Shown here: positions 17,538 through 25,711 of the stretch, one piece after another
Numbering within the stretch: the first letter of the stretch is position 1
How the letters are laid out: each line of letters opens with the position of its first letter
Virus record (IMG/VR): IMGVR_UViG_3300027282_000090
Span: 1 to 36,975 of that record
Origin: a virus
Lineage: Duplodnaviria; Caudoviricetes
Direction: 5' to 3' (one strand)
Length of the DNA stretch: 36,975 bases
Position numbers and translations under genes: made by a program
The notes under the pieces: model-generated
Seen by the model: only the letters and a program-made list of their open reading frames with translations
Told to the model about the DNA's origin: nothing
Database searches by the model: none

Positions 17538-18557
17538 TTAATTAATGAGGCCTTTTACCAGCAGCCCAGGGCGGCGACAGAGCGGCAGTGGGTTTGCTTC
17601 GGTGAGGACATCGATCCGTTTGCCGTTCGCCGCCATGACCTGCTTGGCATAGAGCGGCAGGCCGTAGGTGTTGACGGTTTCAAAGTAGTTGGCCGGCGCA
17701 TGGTGGATCTTGAAAGTTGACTGGGTGCCTACGGGGAAGAAGTGGGAATCCTCGTCACCGATGAACTGCCGGACATTACCTTCCGCGTCGGAAGCCTTGG
17801 CCCTGTATTCCTCAAAGGTGATGCCGCCAAACGAAAAACCCTTCCGCGGATCCTGTCCGCCGCCGGCAAGCTCGATAGCCTTGGCATGGTTAAGGAAGAA
17901 CTTCTCGACCTTTTCATGGCTGATGAGAGTATCGAAAAAGGTTGGGCCGCAGAGGCAATGGACTCCGGTCATAACTTCGCCGAGAAGGTTGTCCTCTATA
18001 TGACGGATCACCGCCCGGCATTTGGCGGTCACGTCCGTGGCACTGTTGGCGAGCGCAAAGGTGATGGACTTCATGATGATTCCGAACTCATCATAGAGGT
18101 TGTTGAGTACGGTCCCGTCGGCATCGAGAATGATCCCCTTCAAGGCACCAACCATCAGATATTCTTCGGTAATGGCATGGGAGGCCCGCATCTCGAAGAG
18201 CCGTTTGGTCATCTCGGTGTTGAGGGCTTTGGGATCAATCGAGCCCGCTTCACGATGTCCCTGCAGATCAGACGGCAGAATCACATCGTCATAGGGGATG
18301 TGAGGAATGATGAAAGACCTGGTTTTCGCCTTGGCATGTTTCTTCTTCGGTGCCGGGGAACCTACGGGCTGGGATTTCAGCAGGGTGATAACGCCGTTGG
18401 TCTCGTCGAGGATGACTGTACGGGTACGCACCGGATCGGCCGTGAAAAGACCCAGCTGCCGAACCCTGCCGTAGGTGTTGGGGATAATGTTGATCGCCCT
18501 GGTCATGGTGGCCAGGTCATATCCGGACTCGTCGAACGGGTTGATGATCAAATCCAT
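17538..18557 (-). CDS. Major capsid protein (lambda gpE family)
   Basis: 339 aa; T.AIN.IP..YG....LGLF, IPHIP.DD.I.P.D.QG, T.EYL..GALKG.ILDADG, NPLPLC.RP; AAGGAG ribosome-binding site. Confidence 0.93.
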   Translation of the reverse strand: MDLIINPFDESGYDLATMTRAINIIPNTYGRVRQLGLFTADPVRTRTVILDETNGVITLLKSQPVGSPAPKKKHAKAKTRSFIIPHIPYDDVILPSDLQGHREAGSIDPKALNTEMTKRLFEMRASHAITEEYLMVGALKGIILDADGTVLNNLYDEFGIIMKSITFALANSATDVTAKCRAVIRHIEDNLLGEVMTGVHCLCGPTFFDTLISHEKVEKFFLNHAKAIELAGGGQDPRKGFSFGGITFEEYRAKASDAEGNVRQFIGDEDSHFFPVGTQSTFKIHHAPANYFETVNTYGLPLYAKQVMAANGKRIDVLTEANPLPLCRRPGLLVKGLIN

Positions 18558-18601
18558 AATTGACTCCTTGTTTTTTATCGGGTCCTTGGTCCCGGAAATG
18601 T

Positions 18602-18976
18602 TTATGCCAGACCTACGGCCTTGATACCGAGGGCTTCAAGTTCGCCGATTGCTGCAGTTTTCTCCGGTGCGGTGATACCTGCCGGCCAGACCAGATTGTC
18701 CATAGCCACGAGAGCTTCACGCTCAATGATGACGCCTTCCTTGTCGGCAGCGGTCGCATCCACCGCACCGATCATGATGCCGGCAGCCGCTTCGGTGCCG
18801 TCTGCTGCCGCCGGATTAAGAGGAGCGTACTTGCCGCTTGCGGTGATCTTGCCGACGACTTCGAGCAGGCTGACGCTGTTGCCGCTTGCGATCGTTATTT
18901 TCCTGCGGGAGTAGTCGTTGTCTTCCTCCCACTTAATCCCGTCGCCCAGGCTGTTTGGTTCTGTTTTTACTGCCAT
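18602..18976 (-). CDS. Head decoration protein (gpD-like)
   Basis: YSR..ITIASG...V.GKITASGKY...PAAADG.E.AAGI; lies between protease and capsid genes; AGGAG ribosome-binding site. Confidence 0.9.
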   Translation of the reverse strand: MAVKTEPNSLGDGIKWEEDNDYSRRKITIASGNSVSLLEVVGKITASGKYAPLNPAAADGTEAAAGIMIGAVDATAADKEGVIIEREALVAMDNLVWPAGITAPEKTAAIGELEALGIKAVGLA

Positions 18977-19009
18977 GTCATTCTCCTTTTGATTTCATGA
19001 TTGATTGCA

Positions 19010-19363
19010 CTACTTCGCCAGCTTCTCGCAGGAAGCGATGAGTGGATGTTTGTCGTCGCCGGACAGCGGAGTGACGGTGGATTTGATCATGCTTTTCTGG
19101 GATTTTTCCGCCCTCATCTTCTGGATGGTTTCCCGGGCATCGGTCACGGTCGCGGAGTTTTTCAGCAAGCCCACGGTTTGATCGATCGAAAGATTTCCGA
19201 GCTGGCAGAGTTCGGCCACATCAAGCATCTCTTTCTTTGCCATCTCGCTTGCTTCGGCAGACTTTGCCGCGATCTCTTCCGTCTTGACATAGCCGAGCTC
19301 GGCAAGGGCAGCCGGGCCGTCTTCTGCGGTCAGGAGTTTTTCCATTCGTTCTTTGGTGGTCAT
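19010..19363 (-). CDS. Nested in-frame scaffold protein (Nu3-like, 117 aa)
   Basis: Internal GGAGG followed after 7 nt by the ATG at 19363, in frame with the protease; charged helical product MTTKERMEK... Confidence 0.7.
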   Translation of the reverse strand: MTTKERMEKLLTAEDGPAALAELGYVKTEEIAAKSAEASEMAKKEMLDVAELCQLGNLSIDQTVGLLKNSATVTDARETIQKMRAEKSQKSMIKSTVTPLSGDDKHPLIASCEKLAK

Positions 19364-20266
19364 AGACGCGCCTCCATATATTGTGGTTGATTGTTGTTCT
19401 TCTATCTCTGCGGCCAGCAAGGCCACTGCCTCGTCAAAACCGGCGATTCCGTCTGCAAGGCCCGCTTCAATCGCCTGTTCGCCGTAGTAGACGCCGGCGT
19501 TCATGGAGAGCACCTTTTTCAAGTCAAGACCACGGAACTCGGCGACGGTTTTTGCGAACTGCATTCCCGCCTGGTCGACACTGGCCTGAAGTTTTTTCTT
19601 CAGGTCGGCGGAGAGCGGTGCATGCGGTGAAAAGTCGTTTTTCTCGGCACCGAAATAAACGGCGGTGTAGGTGATGCCGTCCATCTCGTTTTTCAAGGAC
19701 TGGTCGCGGTGGATGGCAATGCAGCCAATCGAACCGACTCCTGCGGTCTGATCGGTGAGCAGAATTTTACGGCAGGCGGCGGCATTGTAGTAACCGGCGG
19801 AAAAGCAGCTCAGATCGATTACCGCATAAATCGGTTTTACCGCATCGGCCTGCCGGATGAACCTGGCCAGCCGCTCACAACCGGCATGAACGCCACCATA
19901 GGTGTCGAAGTCGATGATCATTCCGGCGATCTCCGGATCGTCAAGACAGGCCTGGATATCCTTTTGCATATACCGGTAGGAGCGCAGGCCCGAGCCGTCG
20001 TCAAACCCATGGTTGCGATGGACCAGGCTGCCAAGGGCGGAGACCACCGCGATTGTCTCACTTCTGGTCTGGTTGACCGGGCGGGCCTTGGCCTGGACCG
20101 AGCCGTTGTTGCGGTCGCTGCCGATGGCCGGGAGCAGGTCGGAAAAATCGATGCTGATCGGATGGTCCGCCTTCTTGTTCAATACACCAAGAATAACGTT
20201 CAGCTTATCCGGAGTGATCAGAAGCGGCCGGTTGAGAATTTCAGTAAGGATGTGTTCTACGCCCAT
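19010..20266 (-). CDS. S49-family capsid maturation protease with C-terminal scaffold (gpC-like)
   Basis: D.DT.GG, FSAGYY (catalytic Ser), VGSIG, G.EK, F.KTVAEFRG, G.QAI.AGLAD. Confidence 0.92.
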   Translation of the reverse strand: MGVEHILTEILNRPLLITPDKLNVILGVLNKKADHPISIDFSDLLPAIGSDRNNGSVQAKARPVNQTRSETIAVVSALGSLVHRNHGFDDGSGLRSYRYMQKDIQACLDDPEIAGMIIDFDTYGGVHAGCERLARFIRQADAVKPIYAVIDLSCFSAGYYNAAACRKILLTDQTAGVGSIGCIAIHRDQSLKNEMDGITYTAVYFGAEKNDFSPHAPLSADLKKKLQASVDQAGMQFAKTVAEFRGLDLKKVLSMNAGVYYGEQAIEAGLADGIAGFDEAVALLAAEIEEQQSTTIYGGASMTTKERMEKLLTAEDGPAALAELGYVKTEEIAAKSAEASEMAKKEMLDVAELCQLGNLSIDQTVGLLKNSATVTDARETIQKMRAEKSQKSMIKSTVTPLSGDDKHPLIASCEKLAK

Positions 20267-20273
20267 GTTGCAC

Positions 20274-21791
20274 CTATTGAGTTTTGGCAGAGTCGATGAC
20301 GATCTGTTCCTCGACCTTTTGCAGGGTTCCTGACTGGGTAGTCTGGGATGGATAGCAGTCGTAGATCAGGCCTCGTTCAGCGGCCTTTTTCTGTTCGGCC
20401 TGGTTCTGCCTGTCTACCCGATCAATATTGCCGCCGCGTTTGGCGATCTTCTGGCCTCGTGTTTCGATGCCGTTTCTGATATCCATCAGTTCTGCCACCC
20501 GGTCCTTGACCGGATCAGTGAAGTCCCAGCCGTCGAGATGCCAGTCGACCCGGTGAAAGAGTCGCGGGTTTTTCAGGTAGTGGGAAACAGAAATGGTTTT
20601 TGTCGCACCGTTAAGGACTGCCGTCTTGATCCACCGGTTGATGTAGGGGCGGCAGTACTGGAAGACGAGGGTCCTGGCGATGATGGTTTCGCAGAGTCGG
20701 CGGAACTCGATGAGGCCGGCCCGGAGTGAGGTGTAAGTGACCCCAGCCAGGTCGCCGGTGAGCTGCTCATAAGTGATGCCGAGGCCGCGGGCGATGATCC
20801 GGAACTGCAGCTTCATGAAGTCGAGGTAATTGTTGCCGACATCGGCGGTCTCTGTGAACGCCACCTTCTGGCCGTTGCGCAGGACAGGGAAGGTGCCAGG
20901 TTCCAGCCGCATCGACTGGACGCCGTTCTCACGTGATAGAGGCTTGCCGCCCATCGTCCGGTCGGTGATCGGATTGTCCGAATAGATGAACCCGCCCCAG
21001 AGGGCAGACGCTTTTTTGCGGACCACTTCCGCATCGTCGTAGACATCGATCTCATGCAGCTTGACGATGATCGGGGCCAGCCAGCTTACGCCGCGGGCTT
21101 GTCCGGCGCGAAGCGGTCTGAAGACATGGGCGATATCGCTTGCGTCGACCGCGATCCGGCTGAGGTCGGAAGAGGTGAGAAATGTTTCTCCGGGATGGTC
21201 GGCATACAGCCAGTACTTGTAACGCCGGCCTTTCCGCCATTCGATCCCGAAGCGGATCTCGTTGCCTTCCGGGCTGATGTCATTATATCCGGCATCAAGG
21301 TGGTCTGATTCCAGGAGTTGCACCTGCAGGGGGACAATCAGGCCGAAATCTGGATCCACATCGTGAAACCGGCCGAGTACTTCACCGTCCCGGACCACGG
21401 AACGGCAGGCGATTTCCTGGGTACCATAGAAATCGGAGATCCCGTAGAAGTCCGCCTCGAGCTGGCTGTCGTCCCAGAGCTGCTGGAGTTCGTCCTTCTG
21501 ATCCTGGTTGTCTAGGTTCCAGCTGGGTGAGATGTCGGTTCCGACCAGGTTGGCGACAAAGGAATCAATGCCGCCTTTAGCGGTGGGATTGTTCCGTTCG
21601 AAATCCCGGCTTCTTTTGCGCAGGGCGGTGAGGTTCCGGAAAGCGGCAGCGTTCGGTCCGGCCGAAGAAAGTCCCCAGTCTCCAATACGATCGGCGGTCG
21701 ATGCTCCTTCGTACAGCGGCGAAGCGGCAAGCCCGGCCGAGGGAAGAGGTAAGCCGGTTCGGTCAAGGATGGTGCCGGGAGGAAAGTTCAT
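20274..21791 (-). CDS. Portal protein, lambda family
   Basis: YEGA, LRKRSRD..RNNP.A, DGEV, PLQVQLLESDHL, RAGQARGVSWLAP, YEQLTGDL..V.Y.S.RAGL.EF. Confidence 0.95.
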   Translation of the reverse strand: MNFPPGTILDRTGLPLPSAGLAASPLYEGASTADRIGDWGLSSAGPNAAAFRNLTALRKRSRDFERNNPTAKGGIDSFVANLVGTDISPSWNLDNQDQKDELQQLWDDSQLEADFYGISDFYGTQEIACRSVVRDGEVLGRFHDVDPDFGLIVPLQVQLLESDHLDAGYNDISPEGNEIRFGIEWRKGRRYKYWLYADHPGETFLTSSDLSRIAVDASDIAHVFRPLRAGQARGVSWLAPIIVKLHEIDVYDDAEVVRKKASALWGGFIYSDNPITDRTMGGKPLSRENGVQSMRLEPGTFPVLRNGQKVAFTETADVGNNYLDFMKLQFRIIARGLGITYEQLTGDLAGVTYTSLRAGLIEFRRLCETIIARTLVFQYCRPYINRWIKTAVLNGATKTISVSHYLKNPRLFHRVDWHLDGWDFTDPVKDRVAELMDIRNGIETRGQKIAKRGGNIDRVDRQNQAEQKKAAERGLIYDCYPSQTTQSGTLQKVEEQIVIDSAKTQ

Positions 21792-22018
21792 AATCCCTTG
21801 CCTCCATGAATCCTGAAGGCAAAGATGACATTAGAGGCTGGATCCGCGGCGGAGAGTTCGGCGGCGATCTCGTTGCGCAAGGCACGGAGCTGAGGCAGCT
21901 CGATCGGCGAATATTGGACAACGTTGCCGTCGATGACAAATTTAACCGGCCGCTTGTTGGTGGCGAGCTCAATGATTGCTTGTTCTATGTTGGTAAGATC
22001 GGCCTGGGTGAATGCCAC
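21788..22018 (-). CDS. Head completion protein (gpW-like)
   Basis: FTQADL..IEQAI...DGNVVQYS...L..LR; true start probably the GTG at 22018, 5 nt after GGAGG. Confidence 0.85.
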   Translation of the reverse strand: MAFTQADLTNIEQAIIELATNKRPVKFVIDGNVVQYSPIELPQLRALRNEIAAELSAADPASNVIFAFRIHGGKGL

Positions 22019-22028
22019 TGGTGCCTCC

Positions 22029-22114
22029 GTCATGAAAAACAGAATTATTTTTCATGACTGTACACCCTGTTTTTGGGGATTTTCTTCTATGATCACGTAT
22101 GACCTTCTATGACC
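22029..22114 (-). promoter_or_regulatory. Candidate activator-dependent late promoter for the head/tail/lysis operon
   Basis: Three tandem 10-bp repeats (22085-22114); -10-like TACAGT at 22062-22057 with no good -35; perfect 11-bp inverted repeat at 22029-22058. Confidence 0.55.
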
Positions 22115-22144
22115 GTCCAAGTGGTGTTTTAATGCTTGACAGGG

Positions 22145-22169
22145 GTTTCGTTTGAGGTGGAAACGAAAC
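22145..22169. repeat. Perfect 9-bp inverted repeat at the left edge of the AT-rich insert
   Basis: GTTTCGTTT-gaggtgg-AAACGAAAC. Confidence 0.6.
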
Positions 22170-22211
22170 TGGGTAGCGATTTAAAATCCTGAAAGCGCGG
22201 ATTCTAGTTTA

Positions 22212-22240
22212 TTGACAATGGTGCATATGATTGTTAGATA
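22212..22240 (+). promoter_or_regulatory. Sigma70-like promoter for the accessory gene
   Basis: TTGACA (22212-22217), 17-bp spacer ending in TGn, TAGATA (22235-22240). Confidence 0.5.
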
Positions 22241-22440
22241 TTAAGAATATGTACAAGAAATACATTATAAATAATCACTCTGGACTGTCTTTGATTTATT
22301 TCTATAGAAATTATTTAACCATTTGAAAATTCAGATATTTTAATAATCAGACGAGCGCAATATCAAGGATTTCATAAGCTCTTTTCTCCTTTTCATAAAT
22401 TATCTCCCTTAGGTAATATAGGAAATCGGAGGTGTTACAA

Positions 22441-25308
22441 ATGGGTAAATCTTGGACTGAAACAGAAAAGAGAGTGTGGAGTTGCCTGACTATCGGAGAA
22501 ATAGCTGATCTTCAACCTGGAAGCATCGTCAGGGCTAGCTTCATCAAGCAGTTATGTACTGAGCCGAACCTGATCTCCAACCTTCAACCACATGGGATTC
22601 GCGTTCGCGGTAGCAACATCGAAGGTAGTCTAGATTTAAGGTTACTCAACATCCCCTTCAACCTTTCTCTCACCCAATGTTCAATTCCTGATACGCTTGA
22701 TCTTCGACATGCTGCTATTAAAGCATTGGATTTATCAGGATCAAAGACAGACAGTATAGACGCTGACGGTTTAACAGTTTTTGGTAATTTTCGGCTGGCT
22801 GATGAATTCTCAGCGGCTGGATCTGTCTGCCTCATGGGAGCAAAAATTGAAGGAGATCTCATTTGCACCAGAGGGTGCTTCGATAATCAGAATAACCAAA
22901 AGTTTGACACACAGAAAACCAATTGTGGGGGATCTAATACCACAACCAGTTGTGGAGACTGCAGAAAAAGCACTTTACACAGCTACTCTCTAGTTCTTGA
23001 GAGAGTTTACATTAAGGGCAGTGTCTATCTCTGCGACGGTTTCTCCGCTTTTGGCGGAGTGCATCTCGGAGATAGCACCATCAATGGTAATCTTAACTGT
23101 ACAAATGGCAAATTTATTAAAAGAAGTGGTTGTCAAAAGGAGCTATCGAATGGTCGACGTCTCACCTGTTATTCGGAAGCAGAATTCCATGATGCCTGTG
23201 CTTTCAACGGGGAAGGGATGCATGTTAAAAGGAACATGATATTGAACGATATTAATGTCGAGGGTGAGATTCGCTTGACAGGTGCGCTTATTGAAGGAGA
23301 CTTGGATTCTGCTGGAGGGAAGTATAAAAACAAGGGAGCCAACGCGATCTATGGCGACCGGATGCACGTCAAAGGCAATGCTTTTTTCTGTGACAGATTC
23401 GAGGCCGAAGGAATTATACGATTCCCGTGTGCCAGAATTGGTGCAGATATCAGTTTTTATAATGGAATGATGAATGGCTCAGATGATAATGTCCCTGTTC
23501 TCTACTGTGAAGGCATAAAGGTTCAAGGGACATTTTATCTTAAAAAATTTGAGACTAGAAAAGGTTACATCAACCTTTCACACGCCACTATTAGTGGAAA
23601 CCTTGATTGCACAAACAGCAAATTCCTGAATGAGGGTGTCTTTGCCATCAATGCTAAAGGCATGAGTATAAGTGGGTCAGTTTTCCTGCGTAGCTTTAAA
23701 GAAAAAAATCTCGAAGATTTCGACAGGAATATATTCCTTGCCAATGCCTTCGTTTGTCTCACTGGGTCAAAATTAGGTATGGATCTTGTTTGCACTGGAG
23801 GACATTTCAAGTTAGGAAAACCTTGCACTCTTGAAAACCCATACTTTGATTCTATTCAAGCGGGCAACATGTCTATAGGTGGTAAAGTAGAAATGGATGA
23901 GATCGAGACAGAGGGGGGTGTCAGAATCAGTGATACTCGAATAGGAAGTTACCTTAATTGCAACCAAAGCAAAATCAGTACCCCCACACATGAAGGAGAT
24001 CATGTCTATGCGTTCACTGGAGGGAAATTGCATGTCGGTGGGAGTCTTTATCTCGGTGATGGATTTACTGCCAAGGGTGAAGTTATGCTCAATGATGCAT
24101 CAATCGGTCGAAACATTTATCTAAATTCAGGAACTATTAAAAACGAAGGAGATTTCTCCCTGAGAGCAATGCAAATGCAGGTTGCAGGTAGCATTATTTT
24201 TAAGAACTTGATATCGCATGGCGAGATCAAAATTGATTTTTCTGTAATTGGAGGAAATCTTGATTGTTCAGGAGGTGAGTTTTTGAACGATAAATCTAAG
24301 ACGGAGAGACGAAAAAAAAGAGATTCTCCAGATGAAGAATTAGAACGTCATTATGCTTTTCGGGCGATTGGGCTAAAGACGGAGGGAAGTGTTTGGTTTA
24401 AGGATTTTAAAGTTGATGGTGCAGTTTCCTTTCAAGGGGCTGTTATAGGAAGAAATTTTTATTGGAAAGGTGTCAAAGATTCGCAAAAAGTTTCACTTTT
24501 CCTTGATGCGGCAAAAGTCGAGGTCTTGGTTGACGATATTGATAGTTGGCCTAAACAGAATAACCTCCAAATTAACGATTTTGAGTACCAGTTCATAAGA
24601 GATCAAGGCCCAGAAGAATTAGAAAAACGTAGAGAGAAATGGTTGTCTTTATCTAAGGATTTCCGGACACAGCCTTACGAGCAACTCGCCAAAGTGCTCA
24701 AGCGGAGTGGTCACTTAGAGGAGGCTAAATTGGTTCTTATAAAAAAACATAATCATCAGAGTGGTAACAACTCGATGAACTTCATAATGAAAAAAGTAGG
24801 TCCAAAATTAAGAAAGAAGCTAGCTTGGTGGCACAATTTTCTCGTTGGATATGGATACAAACCTTTTCGGGCAGCTGTGATTGGATTGTTTATTGTTTTG
24901 TTTGGTTCTTTCATATTTTACTCTGGATTCCACTTTGATCTTATGGTGCCAAGTGAGTATAAAGGAGGGTATCAGGTAGCTAACCTATCGGAACCAGAGC
25001 AAGTTCAAACAGTTCAGGTGGCGAACTTCTTGGGCAGGAAATGTAAACCTAACAGAAGAATTACAGACACATCAGGTTTCTACTATTTTTTTTATTCTTT
25101 AGATACTTTTTTACCCATTGTCGATTTTCAGACAGCTGCTTACTGGTTGCCAACCGCTTATCCACAGGTTGAAAATGGAGATGAATGCAGTGGAAAGTTT
25201 AGTTTGTGGGGCTGGATATTGTGCGTTTTCCGCTGGTTTGTCATTATCTGCGGTTGGATTGTCACATCCGTTTTTATAACTGCTTTGAGTGGTGTTGTTC
25301 GCAAGTAA
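22441..25308 (+). CDS. Accessory (moron) membrane protein with ~10 beta-solenoid-like repeats and a C-terminal two-TM channel-like module
   Basis: GGAGGT followed after 7 nt by the ATG at 22441; repeat pattern (L/I)xxxxhxVxGxhxL..F...G.V.L..A.I.G.L.C..G.F.N; PYEQLA.VL...G..EEA; GYGY.P-TM1, YSLDTFLPIVDF, TM2; AT-rich and opposite to phage transcription. Confidence 0.85.
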   Translation: MGKSWTETEKRVWSCLTIGEIADLQPGSIVRASFIKQLCTEPNLISNLQPHGIRVRGSNIEGSLDLRLLNIPFNLSLTQCSIPDTLDLRHAAIKALDLSGSKTDSIDADGLTVFGNFRLADEFSAAGSVCLMGAKIEGDLICTRGCFDNQNNQKFDTQKTNCGGSNTTTSCGDCRKSTLHSYSLVLERVYIKGSVYLCDGFSAFGGVHLGDSTINGNLNCTNGKFIKRSGCQKELSNGRRLTCYSEAEFHDACAFNGEGMHVKRNMILNDINVEGEIRLTGALIEGDLDSAGGKYKNKGANAIYGDRMHVKGNAFFCDRFEAEGIIRFPCARIGADISFYNGMMNGSDDNVPVLYCEGIKVQGTFYLKKFETRKGYINLSHATISGNLDCTNSKFLNEGVFAINAKGMSISGSVFLRSFKEKNLEDFDRNIFLANAFVCLTGSKLGMDLVCTGGHFKLGKPCTLENPYFDSIQAGNMSIGGKVEMDEIETEGGVRISDTRIGSYLNCNQSKISTPTHEGDHVYAFTGGKLHVGGSLYLGDGFTAKGEVMLNDASIGRNIYLNSGTIKNEGDFSLRAMQMQVAGSIIFKNLISHGEIKIDFSVIGGNLDCSGGEFLNDKSKTERRKKRDSPDEELERHYAFRAIGLKTEGSVWFKDFKVDGAVSFQGAVIGRNFYWKGVKDSQKVSLFLDAAKVEVLVDDIDSWPKQNNLQINDFEYQFIRDQGPEELEKRREKWLSLSKDFRTQPYEQLAKVLKRSGHLEEAKLVLIKKHNHQSGNNSMNFIMKKVGPKLRKKLAWWHNFLVGYGYKPFRAAVIGLFIVLFGSFIFYSGFHFDLMVPSEYKGGYQVANLSEPEQVQTVQVANFLGRKCKPNRRITDTSGFYYFFYSLDTFLPIVDFQTAAYWLPTAYPQVENGDECSGKFSLWGWILCVFRWFVIICGWIVTSVFITALSGVVRK

Positions 25309-25508
25309 TGAAAGATCGAATGTCGACCACACAGCCCCCAGAGGACTTGCTGGTGCCATTTTGCTTTTCCATTTATGATAAATGTCATTTTCTCTGCATT
25401 TTCCTTTCAGTCTCTTTGGTAAATCCGTCACTTCCAACTCTTGAGACATGAAAACCTCACCGCGAGGGAGTTCATCCAAATAATGATAGGGGCTGGTGAT
25501 AATCAGGC

Positions 25509-25709
25509 CTAAATCGTGAGCATAGTCATCGTCTCAATCCGGCGCCGCTGCCAGTTGTCGACCAAATCCGTGTTTGATTCCCACCGGCCGTCGACCTTGG
25601 TTGCCGGGAAGTTGTCATCCTCGACCCATTTCAGGATGGTGTTCTTGCTCCGGCCGGAATAGGCGGCTATTTCTTCCAGAGTCACGAGTATTTTTCCGCT
25701 TTGTTTCAT
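25509..25709 (-). CDS. Small winged-HTH DNA-binding protein (AlpA/Xis-like); candidate late activator
   Basis: LEEIAAY.GRSKNTILKW...NFPA.K.DGRW; GGAGG ribosome-binding site; directly after terL. Confidence 0.75.
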   Translation of the reverse strand: MKQSGKILVTLEEIAAYSGRSKNTILKWVEDDNFPATKVDGRWESNTDLVDNWQRRRIETMTMLTI

Positions 25710-25711
25710 GC

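Noticed and set aside
18579-18594. Second CGGGTCCTT (cosQ-like) motif between the capsid and decoration genes
   Set aside because: Opposite orientation to the packaging genes and no cosN-like 12-mer; better explained as a small imperfect hairpin
22019-22033. ORF-track start for the gpW-like gene at 22033 (likewise the longer starts at 1855, 3370, 15342, 22432, 25838, 28590 and 33796)
   Set aside because: Downstream starts fit better with ribosome-binding-site spacing, stop/start coupling or family N-termini
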